Assembly (NCBI GenBank): GCA_903875275.1
Contig: CAIQVX010000098.1
Location: forward strand, 762-64,761
Source of the DNA: an uncultured beta proteobacterium
GTDB lineage: Bacteria > Pseudomonadota > Gammaproteobacteria > Burkholderiales > Burkholderiaceae_C
Length of the DNA: 64,000 bases
Reading direction: 5' to 3'
Shown: one piece after another, positions 10,049 through 22,159 of the stretch
How positions within the stretch are numbered: the first letter of the stretch is position 1
How the letters are laid out: the number at the start of each line of letters is the position of its first letter
Notes under the pieces: generated by a model
The model's input: only the letters and a program-made list of their open reading frames with translations
The model's database searches: none
What the model was told of the DNA's origin: nothing
Translations under genes and position numbers: made by a program

Positions 10049-11332
10049 TCAGCTGGCCTTGAAGTGCTCGAACTCGACCTTCAGCGTGTCAAACCGGGAA
10101 AACAGGGGGTCCAGCTGATCGGCCTGCAAGGGCTGCTTTCCGAGCCTTTCAATCGCCGACTCCAGCAAGCGACTGGTCCGGTGCAAGCTGCTCACGCCAG
10201 CTTGCTGTGAACTGTCCTGCAACGCATGAAGAATCCGCAGCGCCTCGTTGCGGGCACTCACGTTGTCGGGCCGAGCCCGCCATTGCCTCAGAGCCCCGCC
10301 CAATTGCTGCAGCAAGGGCAGCGCTTCTTCAGTGAACTGCTCTGCAGCATCGATATTCTCGAACTCCGCAAGCGCCGCCGCCGAGTCGCCCATCTCAAAC
10401 TGTGCGACTTCCGCCAGCGCCTGCAACAGCCTGGGTGCCGGTTCCTTGAGAAACCCGGCAGCAAATTGATGCAGCAGACGCCGGACATCCTCGGCTGCCT
10501 CAAGAAAGAGGCTGGCGTGTTCTGGCAAACCCGGCACATGCGGCTGCACGTGGCGCAGCGCCTTTTCCAGCGCCTGTGCCAAGCTGGCAATTCCGGCCAG
10601 GCCAACCCCGGCAGAACTTTGCGCAAGAGAAGCGGCCCAGCCCAGCGTACCCTGCGAAACCGGCCGGTGCAACTCAAGCGCCCATTCGCTGAGCTCGACA
10701 TGCAGACAGCGCGACCACTCGTCAGCCTCATTCAGATAGGCATTGAATTCCGCGATGCCGATGCGCAGATTTCCTATCACCTTGGCCCGATCTTGCGAAG
10801 TTTCCTGCCGCAATTCCGCTGCGCTGCGAGCCTGAATCCCGGCCAGGTCGTAGGCCCTGCTCACTGCACCGACCAGAGCTGACTGCGCAGCGGCCTCGGC
10901 TCCTGCCTGCGCCATCAGCATCAGCAACTCGCAGGGCAGTTGCCGGGAAACATCGGTCTGTCCCCGAGCCAGTGCCCGGTACTGCAGAAGGATCCGGGAC
11001 AGCATGCGCTTGCACCGCGCATCGGCAGGGCACAGGTTCAGCGACAGGGCCTCAAAGTAGCTGGCACAAATTTGCCAGAAGACGCGCGGCTTCAATTCGG
11101 TCTGCGCCTGTGCCAGACCCAGACTGATATCGCGCATGGCTCGAGCTCGGGCCGGGTCCGCAGATCTGATCAGTTGCAGAATGTGCTCATCGAGGCCTGA
11201 CTGAAGTTCGGCGTCGTACGCCAGGGCATCCCGGTGCACAGGCAGCTCAAAGTCAAGCCATCGCCAGGCGACGGGCCACGGGTCTGCCGGGGTTAGTGGG
11301 GCTTGCATGAGCTTGTGGTGATCTGCACTCAA
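10049..11332 (-). CDS. Hpt-domain protein resembling a condensed ChpA/PilL N-terminal region
   Basis: FWQICASYFEAL, KRMLSRILLQYRAL, KVIGNLRIGIAEFNAYLNEADEWSRCL, VRRLLHQFAAGFLKEP segments recall ChpA; Hpt-like LRILHALQDS; no kinase, CheW or receiver domain. Confidence 0.65.
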   Translation of the reverse strand: MSADHHKLMQAPLTPADPWPVAWRWLDFELPVHRDALAYDAELQSGLDEHILQLIRSADPARARAMRDISLGLAQAQTELKPRVFWQICASYFEALSLNLCPADARCKRMLSRILLQYRALARGQTDVSRQLPCELLMLMAQAGAEAAAQSALVGAVSRAYDLAGIQARSAAELRQETSQDRAKVIGNLRIGIAEFNAYLNEADEWSRCLHVELSEWALELHRPVSQGTLGWAASLAQSSAGVGLAGIASLAQALEKALRHVQPHVPGLPEHASLFLEAAEDVRRLLHQFAAGFLKEPAPRLLQALAEVAQFEMGDSAAALAEFENIDAAEQFTEEALPLLQQLGGALRQWRARPDNVSARNEALRILHALQDSSQQAGVSSLHRTSRLLESAIERLGKQPLQADQLDPLFSRFDTLKVEFEHFKAS

Positions 11333-11578
11333 GGTCTCAAATTTGCACCATTTCGAAATCTTCCTTGCGCGCTCCGCACTCCGGACAGGTCCAGTTCAAA
11401 GGCACAGCACTCCAGGGCGTTCCTGGCGCCAGCCCATGCTCCGGAGCACCAACCGCTTCGTCATAAAGCCAGCCACAAATCCGACACATCCAGTTATTGG
11501 TCGAGCTCACAGAGAAACGCCTTCTAATAGAATGGCTTCATTGTAGAACCAGGCCAACAGACGCGCCCACCCCCACCC

Positions 11579-12883
11579 ATGACACACTCCACCGACCACA
11601 ATCAAGCCCTGTTCGACCGCGCCAAACGGGTGATTCCAGGCGGCGTCAACTCTCCCGTCAGGGCTTTCAAGGCGGTCGGCGGTACGCCACGTTTTGTCAA
11701 ACGTGCCCAGGGCGCCTATTTCTGGGATGCGAACGACCAGCGCTACATCGACTACATTGGCTCATGGGGTCCGATGATTCTGGGTCACGGTCACCCGGCC
11801 GTGCTGAAGGCGGTTCAGGAAGCAGCCCTGGAGGGCTTTTCGTTTGGAGCTCCAACCGAGCGCGAAGTGCATCTCGCCGAAGAAATTCTCAAGCTCATGC
11901 CCTCCATGGACATGGTGCGTCTGGTCAGCTCCGGCACGGAAGCGGCCATGAGTGCCATCCGCCTTGCCCGCGGGGCCACCGGACGCAGCAAACTGATCAA
12001 GTTCGAGGGCTGTTATCACGGCCATGCCGATGCCCTTCTGGTCAAAGCCGGCTCCGGTCTGGCCACCTTCGGCAACGCCACCAGCGCTGGCGTCCCGCCT
12101 GAAGTGGTGCAGCACACCCTGGTGCTCGAATACAACAACGTGGCCCAGCTGGAAGAGGCCTTCCACCTTTATGGCAAGGAGCTTGCCTGCCTGATGATCG
12201 AGCCCATCGCCGGCAATATGAACTTTGTGCGCGCCTCGGTTCCCTTTGTGAAGCGCTGTCGTGAACTGTGCACCGAATACGGCGCCCTGCTCGTGTTTGA
12301 CGAAGTCATGAACGGTTTTCGGGTTGCCCTGGGTAGTGCGCAAAGCGTCTATGCACGCCAGATTCCCGGGTTCGAACCCGACATGACGGTGATGGGCAAG
12401 GTCATTGGTGGTGGCATGCCGCTGGCGGCCTTTGGTGCCAGGCGCGCCGTGATGGAACTGCTGGCCCCGCTGGGCGCGGTGTACCAGGCCGGCACGCTCT
12501 CGGGCAACCCGATCGCAACCGCCTGCGGTCTTGCCACCCTGCATGAGATCAGCAAGCCCGGCTTCTTTGAGGACCTCACTCGCAAGACCCGCTCGCTCGT
12601 GACCGGTCTGGCCGCCGCTGCAGCAGCGCAGGGCGTGCCTTTTAGCGCCGACAGCGAAGGCGGCATGTTTGGCTTCTTCCTGCTGCCGGAACTGCCGCAG
12701 AACTACCCTCAGGTCATGAAGACAGACAGCGCTCGCTTCAACAAACTCTTCCACGGCTTGCTGGACCGTGGCGTCTACATCGCACCGGCGCTCTACGAAG
12801 CTGGCTTTGTGAGCGCAGCTCACACTGACGCCGACATCGCCGCCACGGTGGCAGCGGCAAGCGAAGTATTCAAATCGCTCTAA
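11579..12883 (+). CDS. hemL: Glutamate-1-semialdehyde 2,1-aminomutase
   Basis: [48 protein letters not shown]. Confidence 0.97.
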   Translation: MTHSTDHNQALFDRAKRVIPGGVNSPVRAFKAVGGTPRFVKRAQGAYFWDANDQRYIDYIGSWGPMILGHGHPAVLKAVQEAALEGFSFGAPTEREVHLAEEILKLMPSMDMVRLVSSGTEAAMSAIRLARGATGRSKLIKFEGCYHGHADALLVKAGSGLATFGNATSAGVPPEVVQHTLVLEYNNVAQLEEAFHLYGKELACLMIEPIAGNMNFVRASVPFVKRCRELCTEYGALLVFDEVMNGFRVALGSAQSVYARQIPGFEPDMTVMGKVIGGGMPLAAFGARRAVMELLAPLGAVYQAGTLSGNPIATACGLATLHEISKPGFFEDLTRKTRSLVTGLAAAAAAQGVPFSADSEGGMFGFFLLPELPQNYPQVMKTDSARFNKLFHGLLDRGVYIAPALYEAGFVSAAHTDADIAATVAAASEVFKSL

Positions 12884-13095
12884 GCGTTCCATCGACGAGT
12901 GACTTCCTGAGGAAGGTTCTGGAAAATCCAGGCGGGTAGTCAGGCAGTTCACCGAAACACTCGTAGCAGAGTTCCACACCGCCGGATGGGCAGATTGTCT
13001 GGAACTGCAATTCCGCAGATCAGAATCCGGTAAGCAACCACGGCACTTGCGGCACCTTGGCCGGCAAGTACACCCCTCCCAATTGCCGCAGCTGA

Positions 13096-14688
13096 TCAGT
13101 GCCTGAAATGGCGCACGCCTGAGAACACCATGGCCACGCCGCGCTCGTTGGCCGCGTCGATGACTTCCTGATCACGCATCGAGCCACCGGGCTGGATGAC
13201 GCAGGTGGCCCCCGCATCAACGATCACGTCCAGACCATCACGGAACGGAAAAAAAGCATCGCTGGCCGCTGCCGTGTCTGCGAGCGACAGGCCGGCGTGC
13301 TGCGCCTTGATGCTGGCAATGCGGGCCGAATCGAGCCGACTCATCTGACCCGCTCCTACGCCCATGGTCATGCCAGCCTTGCAGAAGACAATGGCGTTGC
13401 TCTTGACGAACTTGGCCACATTCCAGGCAAACAGCAGGTCCTGCAGTTGTTCAGCCGTGGGCTCGATCCTGGTCACCACCTTGAGATCAGCGAGCGTGAG
13501 CTGGTGGTTGTCCGCGGTCTGCATCAACAGACCCGATCCAACGCGCTTGAAGTCCACCGAATTGCGCCCGTTGTCCCAATCGCTGGCGCCGCCGGCGGGC
13601 AGCGCAATCTTGAGAATGCGCACGTTGACCTTGCTCTTGAACACGGCCAGTGCCCCGGGCGTGTAGTCGGGGGCCATCAGCACTTCGACAAACTGCTTTG
13701 AAATCTCCAGCGCTGCGGCTTCGTCCAGTGTCCGGTTCAGCGCAATGATGCCGCCAAAGGCGGATGTGGGATCGGTCTTGAAAGCCTTGCTGTAAGCCTG
13801 CAGCGCGTTGGCCCCAAGCGCCACGCCGCAGGGATTGGCGTGCTTGACGATGACGCAGGCTGCGCCCGCTTCACAAGAAAAACTCTTCACACACTCCCAG
13901 GCCGCGTCCGCATCGGCGATGTTGTTGTAACTGAGTTCCTTGCCCTGCAGTTGCTGTGCCGTCACCAGCGCACCCGGTGCCGGGTAGAGGTCGCGATAGA
14001 ACGCGGCCTGCTGGTGCGGATTTTCACCGTAGCGCAGGTCTTGCAGCTTGACAAAGCGCGCGTTCGATTGCGCCGGGAACAGTTGCCTGGATGGTGTGCT
14101 GTTGCCTTCCTCAAAGTTGAGCGCTGACAGGTAGTCACTGATGGCACCGTCGTACTGGCTGATGCGGTTGAAGGCCGCCACCGACAGGGCAAACTTCGTC
14201 TTCAGGCTGATGCCGCCGGCCTTGAGTTCAGCCAGCACACCAGCGTACTGTGAAGCGTCGGTCAGCACCGCCACGTCCTTCCAGTTCTTGGCGGCGCTGC
14301 GCACCATGGCCGGGCCGCCAATGTCAATGTTCTCGATCGCATCTTCCAGAGTGCAGCCGACCTTGGCGACAGTCGCCTCGAACGGATACAGGTTGACCAC
14401 CAGCAGGTCAATGGTGTCGATGCGGTGCGCCTGCAATGCCGCCATGTGCTCGGGCAGGTCGCGCCGTGCCAGCAAGCCACCGTGCACTTTGGGGTGCAGG
14501 GTCTTGACGCGGCCGTCCAGCATCTCCGGAAAACCGGTGAGTTCAGCCACTTCGGTCACTGGCAGGCCCTTGGCCGCAAGCAGACTGGCGGTGCCGCCGG
14601 TGGAGATGAGTTTGATGCCCAGCGCATGCAGGGCCTGCGCCAGTTCGACGATGCCGGTTTTGTCGGAGACAGAGATGAGTGCGTTCAT
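13096..14688 (-). CDS. purH: Bifunctional AICAR transformylase / IMP cyclohydrolase
   Basis: [37 protein letters not shown]-terminal RHFRH. Confidence 0.98.
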   Translation of the reverse strand: MNALISVSDKTGIVELAQALHALGIKLISTGGTASLLAAKGLPVTEVAELTGFPEMLDGRVKTLHPKVHGGLLARRDLPEHMAALQAHRIDTIDLLVVNLYPFEATVAKVGCTLEDAIENIDIGGPAMVRSAAKNWKDVAVLTDASQYAGVLAELKAGGISLKTKFALSVAAFNRISQYDGAISDYLSALNFEEGNSTPSRQLFPAQSNARFVKLQDLRYGENPHQQAAFYRDLYPAPGALVTAQQLQGKELSYNNIADADAAWECVKSFSCEAGAACVIVKHANPCGVALGANALQAYSKAFKTDPTSAFGGIIALNRTLDEAAALEISKQFVEVLMAPDYTPGALAVFKSKVNVRILKIALPAGGASDWDNGRNSVDFKRVGSGLLMQTADNHQLTLADLKVVTRIEPTAEQLQDLLFAWNVAKFVKSNAIVFCKAGMTMGVGAGQMSRLDSARIASIKAQHAGLSLADTAAASDAFFPFRDGLDVIVDAGATCVIQPGGSMRDQEVIDAANERGVAMVFSGVRHFRH

Positions 14689-14692
14689 GGAT

Positions 14693-14926
14693 TTAGATCA
14701 GTTTGTGTTCAAGCAACTTCTTGCGCAAGGTGTTGCGATTAAGGCCCAGCCACTGCGCGGCTCGGGACTGGTTGTCGTCAGCATGACGCATCACGACTTC
14801 AAGCAAGGGCTTTTCCACCACGCGCACCAGCATGTCGTACATGCCATCAGGCTCGGTGCCACGCAAATCACGCAGGTAGGTCTCCAAACTCGCCCGCACG
14901 CATTCTTCAATGTGCTTCTTGCTCAT
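14693..14926 (-). CDS. fis: Fis DNA-binding protein
   Basis: [23 protein letters not shown]; dusB-fis-purH order. Confidence 0.93.
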   Translation of the reverse strand: MSKKHIEECVRASLETYLRDLRGTEPDGMYDMLVRVVEKPLLEVVMRHADDNQSRAAQWLGLNRNTLRKKLLEHKLI

Positions 14927-15975
14927 ACTGTCATCTCCCTGCGTTCTTCTTCATGGCCAGTCAGAGGGCAGCCCCAGCCTTCCCCAATTCGGTCCATCAG
15001 CCCATTCAGACGGTCAAAGTAACCGGCCACTGCAGCCACCTGACTGGCGCAATTCTCGATCAAATTCATTTTCCGGCGAAATTCCTCACCGCCTGGCAGA
15101 TACCTGACATACCAGCCGATGTGCTTGCGTGCGCTGCGCACCCCCAGAAACTCGCCGTACAACTGGTAATGATCCTGCAAATGGTCGAGCGTCCATTGTT
15201 TCACTTCAGCCACCCGCGGCGGCGCCAAATGCTTGCCTGTTTCCAGAAAATAGTCGATCTCGCGAAAAATCCAGGGTCGGCCCTGCGCAGCGCGGCCAAC
15301 CATCAGTGCATCAGCCCCGGTGGCTGCCAGCACAGCGCGTGCTTTCTCGGGCGAGTCGATATCCCCATTGGCTACCACCGGCACGACCACAGCCGCCTTG
15401 ACCTCTGCAATGGTGTCGTACTCGGCCTCACCGCTGTAACCCTGCTCACGGGAGCGTCCGTGCACCGTGATCATCTGCACGCCCGCACTCTGAGCCTGCC
15501 GAGCCAGTTCGACGGCATTGCGGTGCTCTTGCGACCATCCGGTGCGCATCTTCAGCGTGACCGGAACGCCGTGCGGGGCGCAGGCCTGCACAACCGCATC
15601 CACAATGCGCAGCGCCAGAACCGGGTCCTGCATCAGCGCGGAGCCAGCCCACTTGTTGCAGACCTTCTTCGCCGGACACCCCATATTGATGTCGATGATC
15701 TGGGCACCAAGATCCATGTTGTGACGCGCGGCATCTGCCATCAGCGTCGGCTCGGTACCGGCAATCTGCACAGCGATCGGTCCGGGCTCGCCCTCGTGAT
15801 CGGCACGTCGGGTGGTCTTGGCGGTATGCCACAGGTCAGGACGACTGCTGATCATCTCGCTCACTGCGTAGCCCGCACCCAGTCTGCGGCAAAGCTGCCG
15901 GAACGGCCGATCCGTCACGCCCGCCATGGGGGCTACAAATAGTCGATTGGGAAGTGCAAAGGGCCCGAGCTTCAT
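14923..15975 (-). CDS. dusB: tRNA dihydrouridine synthase DusB
   Basis: APMAGVTD, IDINMGCPAKKV, HGRSR, ANGDI, GRAAQGRPW. Confidence 0.95.
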   Translation of the reverse strand: MKLGPFALPNRLFVAPMAGVTDRPFRQLCRRLGAGYAVSEMISSRPDLWHTAKTTRRADHEGEPGPIAVQIAGTEPTLMADAARHNMDLGAQIIDINMGCPAKKVCNKWAGSALMQDPVLALRIVDAVVQACAPHGVPVTLKMRTGWSQEHRNAVELARQAQSAGVQMITVHGRSREQGYSGEAEYDTIAEVKAAVVVPVVANGDIDSPEKARAVLAATGADALMVGRAAQGRPWIFREIDYFLETGKHLAPPRVAEVKQWTLDHLQDHYQLYGEFLGVRSARKHIGWYVRYLPGGEEFRRKMNLIENCASQVAAVAGYFDRLNGLMDRIGEGWGCPLTGHEEERREMTV

Positions 15976-16041
15976 GCGAGGCGCTGATTCTAGCTGCTCA
16001 ATATTTCAGCAATCAAAAGGCAAACCTATACTGGCGCACCC

Positions 16042-16518
16042 ATGGAAGCCTGGCTCGAACAATTGCTGGTGATGCTTGCCCTGCCCAAATTCGGCTTGAG
16101 CACCGTCTTTGTCGTCTCCTTTGTTTCCGCCACCCTGCTTCCCCTGGGATCGGAACCCGCCGTCTTCGGCCTGGTCACGCTCAACCCGGCTCTGTTCTGG
16201 TCGGCCATTCTGGTGGCCACAGCTGGCAACACCCTGGGTGGTGCGCTGACCTGGGCCATGGGACTGGCTTCGCACCAGGTGGTAGACCGCTACCAGCACT
16301 CCAGACACCACCTGAGGGCCCTGGACTGGCTCGAGCGCATTGGTCCCAAGGCTTGCCTGCTGTCGTGGCTGCCCATTGTGGGCGACCCGCTTTGCGCAGT
16401 GGCGGGCTGGCTCAAGTTGCCATTCTGGCCCTGCCTGGCCTACATGGCGATTGGAAAATTTGCTCGCTACCTGACGATGACGGCAGCACTGGTGGGCATG
16501 TTCGGAACACGGATCTGA
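16042..16518 (+). CDS. yqaA: YqaA family (DedA-like) membrane protein
   Basis: SATLLPLGSE, GNTLGG, LSWLPIVGDPL motifs. Confidence 0.88.
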   Translation: MEAWLEQLLVMLALPKFGLSTVFVVSFVSATLLPLGSEPAVFGLVTLNPALFWSAILVATAGNTLGGALTWAMGLASHQVVDRYQHSRHHLRALDWLERIGPKACLLSWLPIVGDPLCAVAGWLKLPFWPCLAYMAIGKFARYLTMTAALVGMFGTRI

Positions 16519-16537
16519 GCGGGCGCGCGATCACTGT

Positions 16538-17278
16538 CTATCGGGGGCTCGAATCCACATGGAGTCCGGCCAGGCGCTGCAGGTCCATCGCCAACTCGAA
16601 TGGCCCATCTGATGCCATGCCCCGCAGAATCAGCCGCTGCGGCGTCGGCACCATGGGGAAAAACAGGCTGCCCCGCAAAGCGGCGTTCGGCGCCAGTTGT
16701 ATAGGCAGTTTCAGCCGCCGGCGCTCGAACTCAATCTGCACCCTGTCCTTGTTCTGGTAGTTCATCACTGCTACTGCCGTGACATTGGTCAGAAGCAAGA
16801 CCGGCATGACATAGAGAATCCCTGTGGCCGCTCCTCCGGCAAGACCCATGCCCAAAGCTGCCGCCTGCATGGCCCCTGCAGCACCGACACCCAAAACAAA
16901 GCGACCAACTCGGGCATAACGCTCCCAGTTCGCCTCACTGAGCCTCTCAAGCTCCCACGGATCGGTTCCCGGCAGTTTGCTCTCGCCCAGAATATCGACC
17001 AGTGCCAGACTTTCGACAGTGATGACACGGGAGCCGCGACTGCGCAGACTGATGCTGTATTCGTCCCACAAAGCGTCCTGCTTCCATGAGCCCGGTCCCT
17101 GATACACCGTGACCGAGGCCAGCCTGATTTCGAGTTCCGGGTTGGCAGCCACAACATTGAGTTCGAGAGCGCATGTCGACGGCTCGTCCACCATGCGGTA
17201 CTTGCGGGTGGTCGTGCAGCCACCAAGCACGCACGCTGCCGCGCTGACGACCAGCAGCGCCCTGATGATGAACCACAT
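16538..17278 (-). CDS. Hypothetical lipoprotein
   Basis: Hydrophobic leader ending in a VLGGC lipobox, internal Gly/Ala-rich hydrophobic segment; start uncertain (17278 or 17320). Confidence 0.55.
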   Translation of the reverse strand: MWFIIRALLVVSAAACVLGGCTTTRKYRMVDEPSTCALELNVVAANPELEIRLASVTVYQGPGSWKQDALWDEYSISLRSRGSRVITVESLALVDILGESKLPGTDPWELERLSEANWERYARVGRFVLGVGAAGAMQAAALGMGLAGGAATGILYVMPVLLLTNVTAVAVMNYQNKDRVQIEFERRRLKLPIQLAPNAALRGSLFFPMVPTPQRLILRGMASDGPFELAMDLQRLAGLHVDSSPR

Positions 17279-17331
17279 CGCCCCCCTTGTGCCGGGGGGA
17301 GCAATGCCTGCGCTGAGCATGGGGAATCGGC

Positions 17332-18423
17332 TTACGGGCTGAACAGGAAATTCATGACGTCGCCGTCCTTGACGACGTATTCCTTGCCTTCGCTTCGCAT
17401 CTTGCCGGCATCTTTGGCGCCCTGCTCGCCCTTGAAGGCAATGAAGTCGTCATAGGCGATGGTCTGGGCGCGGATGTAGCCCTTTTCGAAATCGGTATGG
17501 ATAACCCCGGCGGCCTGCGGGCCGGTGTCGCCCACATGAATGGTCCAGGCTCGCACTTCCTTGACACCAGCGGTGAAATAGGTCTGCAGGCCGAGCAGTT
17601 TGAAGGCAGCAACAATCAGGCGATTGAGCCCCGGCTCATCCTGACCAATCTCGGCCAGGAACATCTTCTTGTCTTCGTCCGACATATCGGCCATTTCCGC
17701 TTCCATCTTGGCGCAGATCGCCACCACAGGCGCGTTCTGGACGGCCGCATACTCTTTCAGGCGATCCAGGAAGGGATTGTTCTCAAAGCCGTCTTCCGAC
17801 ACATTGGCCACAAACATGGCAGGCTTGGCCGTGATCAGGAAAAACTGTTTCAGCAGAGGCAACTCCTCCTTGCTGAACTCCAGCGTGCGCACGGGTCGGG
17901 CCTCGTTCAGAGCGGCCTGGCACTTTTCCAGAATGGCGACCAGTTTGATCGACTCCTTGTCACCCGAACGGGCAACCTTGATGACCCGGTGCAAGGCCTT
18001 CTCGACCGCGGCCAGATCGGCCAGGCAGAGTTCGGTCTGGATCACTTCAATGTCGGAAATCGGATCGACCTTGCCAGCGACGTGAATCACATTGGCGTCC
18101 TCGAAGCAGCGCACCACATTGATGGTGGCGTCGGTTTCACGAATGTGCGCCAGGAACTTGTTGCCCAGGCCCTCACCCGTACTGGCACCGGCGACCAGAC
18201 CCGCGATGTCGACAAACTCGACAATGGCACGCTGAATCTTCTGCGGACGAACGATCTCCGCCAGCGCATCAAGCCGCACGTCAGGCACCTCCACGATACC
18301 CACATTGGGCTCGATGGTGCAGAAGGGGTAATTCTCGGCCGGGATGCCGGCCTTGGTCAGGGCGTTGAACAGCGTGGATTTCCCCACGTTGGGCAAACCC
18401 ACGATGCCACATTTCAAACTCAT
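17332..18423 (-). CDS. ychF: Redox-regulated ribosome-binding ATPase YchF
   Basis: [34 protein letters not shown]-terminal TGS domain; true start ATG 18423. Confidence 0.97.
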   Translation of the reverse strand: MSLKCGIVGLPNVGKSTLFNALTKAGIPAENYPFCTIEPNVGIVEVPDVRLDALAEIVRPQKIQRAIVEFVDIAGLVAGASTGEGLGNKFLAHIRETDATINVVRCFEDANVIHVAGKVDPISDIEVIQTELCLADLAAVEKALHRVIKVARSGDKESIKLVAILEKCQAALNEARPVRTLEFSKEELPLLKQFFLITAKPAMFVANVSEDGFENNPFLDRLKEYAAVQNAPVVAICAKMEAEMADMSDEDKKMFLAEIGQDEPGLNRLIVAAFKLLGLQTYFTAGVKEVRAWTIHVGDTGPQAAGVIHTDFEKGYIRAQTIAYDDFIAFKGEQGAKDAGKMRSEGKEYVVKDGDVMNFLFSP

Positions 18424-18498
18424 GAAAATATCCTTAGATGCCCGAATTGTAATGACCAGCCATTCGCTCCCGCTGGCAACGCCTTCTACAATCCCGTC

Positions 18499-19626
18499 AT
18501 GACTCAAGCCTATGACATCTGTATCCGCGGCGGCGGCATTGTGGGGCGCACGCTGGCCCTGTTGCTGGCGCGCGAACGCCTGCGAGTCGGGCTGGTGGAA
18601 CAAGCGCCAAAGTTGCCCACAGCTGATTCCGGCACGGGTGATGATGTGCGGGCCTATGCCCTGAATGCCAAATCACGCGCGCTTCTGGAATCGCTGCGCT
18701 GCTGGCCCGATGACCGGCATGCCACCGAGGTGCTGGCCATGCAGGTCAAAGGCGACGATGGAGGCGAAGTCAACTTCTCCGCAGCCGAGCTCAAAGTGCC
18801 GGGTCTGACCTGGATTGTGGACGTACCGGCGCTGGAAGCGCGGCTGGCAGAGGCGGTGCGCTTTCAGCCATTGATCGAACTGCTCGGCGCGCCGCAGGAC
18901 GCCCCGCTGACGGTCATTTGCGAAGGCAAAACGAGTAGCACGCGAGCCGAATTCGGCGTCGATTTTGAAGTCAGCCCCTATCCCCAGACAGCGATTGCTG
19001 CGCGCCTGCAGTGCGAAAAGCCGCACGCCCAGACCGCGTTTCAGTGGTTCAGCCAGGACGAGATTCTGGCCTTGTTACCACTCGACGGCGCACAGGGCAG
19101 CGCAGTCGCCCTGGTCTGGTCGGCCTTGCGGGAGCGTGTACCTGCCCTGATGGCACAAGACGCGCAGGCCTTTTGCCAGCAGATTGAGGCTGCCAGTGAG
19201 GGACGTCTGGGAAAGATGAGCCTGATCAGCGAACGTGGCGCCTGGCCCCTGCAAAGCGCACACGCTGCTCGCTGGATTGGAAGGCATGGTGCGCGCGCCT
19301 GGGCTCTGGCCGGCGATGCGGCGAACAATGTGCATCCACTGGCAGGCCAGGGCCTGAACCTGGGCCTGTCAGACGTGGCCGCGCTGGCCACCACACTGGG
19401 CGAGCGCGAGTACTGGCGCAGCGTCGATGACCACAAACTTCTGCGCCGCTACGAACGTTCGCGCAAGGCCGAGGTGATGGTGATGGACGCCACGATGGAT
19501 GGACTGCAGCGCCTGTTTTCGCGCCACGGCGCCAGTTGGCAGGCAGCGCGAAACTGGGGTATGAACGGCTTTGAGCGCAGCGGCGCGCTGAAGCTCTGGG
19601 TGGCCCGACAGGCCATGGGTTATTGA
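18499..19626 (+). CDS. UbiH/UbiF/VisC-family FAD-dependent monooxygenase
   Basis: GGGIVG FAD motif, GDAA...[11 protein letters not shown] motif; true start ATG 18499. Confidence 0.88.
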   Translation: MTQAYDICIRGGGIVGRTLALLLARERLRVGLVEQAPKLPTADSGTGDDVRAYALNAKSRALLESLRCWPDDRHATEVLAMQVKGDDGGEVNFSAAELKVPGLTWIVDVPALEARLAEAVRFQPLIELLGAPQDAPLTVICEGKTSSTRAEFGVDFEVSPYPQTAIAARLQCEKPHAQTAFQWFSQDEILALLPLDGAQGSAVALVWSALRERVPALMAQDAQAFCQQIEAASEGRLGKMSLISERGAWPLQSAHAARWIGRHGARAWALAGDAANNVHPLAGQGLNLGLSDVAALATTLGEREYWRSVDDHKLLRRYERSRKAEVMVMDATMDGLQRLFSRHGASWQAARNWGMNGFERSGALKLWVARQAMGY

Positions 19627-19636
19627 AACTGGACGG

Positions 19637-20356
19637 ATGACAATGAAATTTCTTAAAGCTGCCCTGGCTCTGGCCATCTTTTTCGCTGTGTCTGGCGCGA
19701 TGGCGCAAGAGGCGGCAATACGCAAGAATCTGGCGGAGCGCATCCCGCAATTGCCAAAGATTGACGAAGTCAGCAAGAGCGCCATGCCCGGTCTGTACGA
19801 GGTACGCGTCAACGGCGCCGAAATCTACTACACCGATGCCGAAGCCAACTTCCTGTTCCAGGGCATCCTGATTGACACCAAGCAGCGCCGCAACCTGACC
19901 GAGGAGCGGGTTGAAAAGCTCACCGCCATCGGCTTTGATGCGCTGCCACTGAAGGACGCGTTCACCATCGTGCGTGGCACAGGCAAGCGCAAACTGGCCG
20001 TCTTTGAAGACCCCAACTGCGGCTACTGCAAACGCTTTGAGCGCGACCTGCAGAAAGTGGACAACGTCACGATCCACATGTTTCTTTACCCTATCCTGAG
20101 TGCCGACTCGAATGAAAAGTCAAAGAACATCTGGTGCGCCAAAGACCGCGCCAAAGCCTGGCAGGACTGGATGGTGCGCGACAAGGCCGCACCCACTGCA
20201 AGCTGCGACGTGACCGCCATCGACCGCAATGTGGAAATAGGGCGCAAGCACAAGATCAGCGGTACACCCACACTGATCTTTGCCGACGGCACCCGCGTGC
20301 CGGGCGCCATCACGGCAGCCCAGGTGGAGAAATACCTGACGGACGCTAAGAACTGA
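19637..20356 (+). CDS. dsbC: Thiol:disulfide interchange protein DsbC
   Basis: Signal peptide, DPNCGYCK active site, GTP cis-Pro loop. Confidence 0.92.
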   Translation: MTMKFLKAALALAIFFAVSGAMAQEAAIRKNLAERIPQLPKIDEVSKSAMPGLYEVRVNGAEIYYTDAEANFLFQGILIDTKQRRNLTEERVEKLTAIGFDALPLKDAFTIVRGTGKRKLAVFEDPNCGYCKRFERDLQKVDNVTIHMFLYPILSADSNEKSKNIWCAKDRAKAWQDWMVRDKAAPTASCDVTAIDRNVEIGRKHKISGTPTLIFADGTRVPGAITAAQVEKYLTDAKN

Positions 20357-22143
20357 TGCCGGACGCAGCCATTGCCTACACAGTGCAGGTTGACGACCTG
20401 CACGCGCACCTGTTCGCCGTCAGCCTCACAATAAAGCAGCCTGCCGCCCTGCAAAAACTGAGCTTGCCGGTCTGGATCCCTGGCAGCTACCTGATGCGTG
20501 AGTTCTCCAAGAACCTGCAGAAGTTGCAGGCGCGCCAGGGCAACAAGGTACTGACGCTGTCGCAACTCGACAAATGCAGCTGGCAGGTGCAATGCGCCGA
20601 GAACAAGCCACTGCTGCTGACCTACCAGGTCTACGCCTTTGACAGCTCGGTGCGTACCGCCTGGCTCGACCTGACGCGCGGATTCTTCAATGGCACCAGC
20701 CTGTTTCTCAGGGCAGAGGGCCAGGAAGACGCGCCCCACGCCCTGACGCTGCTCGCCGCCAACACCCCGCATGGCTGGCAGGCGGCGACCGGCCTGAAAC
20801 CGGGCAAGGTGGCAAAGAACGGGTTTGGCAACTACCTGGCTGCCAATTACGACGAACTGGTGGACTCGCCGGTGGAACTGGGCGCGTTCTGGAGCGGCTC
20901 ATTTACAGCCTGTGGCGTTGCTCACCGCTTTGTCGTGGCTGGTGCCCCGCCCGGATTTGACGGCAAACGCCTGCTTTCGGACACGCAGAAGATCTGCGAA
21001 GCCGAGATCCGCTTCTGGCACGGCACCAAAGCGGGCAGCCACAGCAGCACCCAGGCGCCGCACCAGAACTACCTGTTCATGCTCAATGCAGTGGATGAGG
21101 GCTATGGCGGTCTGGAGCATCGCAACTCGACCGCCCTGATCTGCAAGCGCAAGGATCTGCCTGTGCTGAATACGGATACAAAGGCCGCGCAGGGCAGGAA
21201 ATCGGAGGGCTACACCACCCTGTTGGGCCTCATCAGCCATGAGTACTTCCATACCTGGAACGTCAAGCGCCTGCGTCCGGCAGAGTTTGCACGGTATGAC
21301 TACGCGAACGAAAACTACACCGAACTGTTGTGGTTTTTTGAAGGCTTCACCAGCTATTACGACGACCTGTTGCTGCGTCGCAGCGGACTGATAGACAGCA
21401 AGGTGTATCTGGAACTGCTGGGAAAGACCATCAACCAGGTTCTGCAAACGCCCGGGCGCCAGGTTCAAACCGTGGCGCAGTCAAGCTTCGACGCCTGGGT
21501 CAAGTACTACCGGCAAGACGAAAACACCGCCAACGCCACCATCAGCTATTACACCAAGGGTTCGTTGATTGCGCTGTGCCTTGATCTGACGCTGCGCCGC
21601 GAAGGCAGGACCTCGCTCGACGCCGTGATGCGAGCCCTGTGGCAGCGTTGCCAGGGCGGGCCGATGACAGAAGCAGATCTGTCGGCGGTACTTGTGCAGT
21701 TGTCCGGCCGGTCTTTCAGCAAGGAACTGGGGCGCTGGATTCACGGCACTGCCGACCTGCCCCTGAAAGGGCTGCTGGATGGCCAGGGCGTTGTCGTGAA
21801 AGAAGAGCCCGCTGGCGTGGCGCAGCGCCTGGGCCTGCGCGTCAGCGAGAACGCCGGAATTCAAATCAAGTCGGTGCTGCGCGGCGGTGCTGCTGAAAAG
21901 GCGGGCTTTGCCGCTGGCGATGAATGGCTGGCGCTGGAAACCGGGGCCGGCCCGGGCGCGGCTGGCTGGCGCCTTTCAAAGCTCGATGACCTGCTGCTCT
22001 ACGCAGGCGCCGCAACCCGGGTCACAGCCTTGGTGTCACGCGACAAACGCATGCTCAGACTGTCAGTGAAACTGCCTGCGCCCGCATTGAGCTGGTGCCT
22101 TGCAGTGGGTGACAGCAAACTTGTTGAAAATTGGCTTAACTGA
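20356..22143 (+). CDS. M61 family metallopeptidase with C-terminal PDZ-like domain
   Basis: [31 protein letters not shown]. Confidence 0.92.
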   Translation: MPDAAIAYTVQVDDLHAHLFAVSLTIKQPAALQKLSLPVWIPGSYLMREFSKNLQKLQARQGNKVLTLSQLDKCSWQVQCAENKPLLLTYQVYAFDSSVRTAWLDLTRGFFNGTSLFLRAEGQEDAPHALTLLAANTPHGWQAATGLKPGKVAKNGFGNYLAANYDELVDSPVELGAFWSGSFTACGVAHRFVVAGAPPGFDGKRLLSDTQKICEAEIRFWHGTKAGSHSSTQAPHQNYLFMLNAVDEGYGGLEHRNSTALICKRKDLPVLNTDTKAAQGRKSEGYTTLLGLISHEYFHTWNVKRLRPAEFARYDYANENYTELLWFFEGFTSYYDDLLLRRSGLIDSKVYLELLGKTINQVLQTPGRQVQTVAQSSFDAWVKYYRQDENTANATISYYTKGSLIALCLDLTLRREGRTSLDAVMRALWQRCQGGPMTEADLSAVLVQLSGRSFSKELGRWIHGTADLPLKGLLDGQGVVVKEEPAGVAQRLGLRVSENAGIQIKSVLRGGAAEKAGFAAGDEWLALETGAGPGAAGWRLSKLDDLLLYAGAATRVTALVSRDKRMLRLSVKLPAPALSWCLAVGDSKLVENWLN

Positions 22144-22159
22144 AGATCCGGAGAACCTC

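Noticed and set aside
11762-12979. Long antisense ORFs over hemL (also over ftsY, algI, dusB, purH)
   Set aside because: Expected shadow ORFs in high-GC coding DNA; the opposite strand carries the conserved gene
12884-13095. About 210 bp gap between convergent hemL and purH as an sRNA or small ORF
   Set aside because: No convincing start/RBS, terminator or known RNA motif was visible
17497-18498. 709 aa ORF suggesting a long N-terminal extension on the Ubi hydroxylase
   Set aside because: The extension is the antisense shadow of ychF; the FAD motif begins right after ATG 18499
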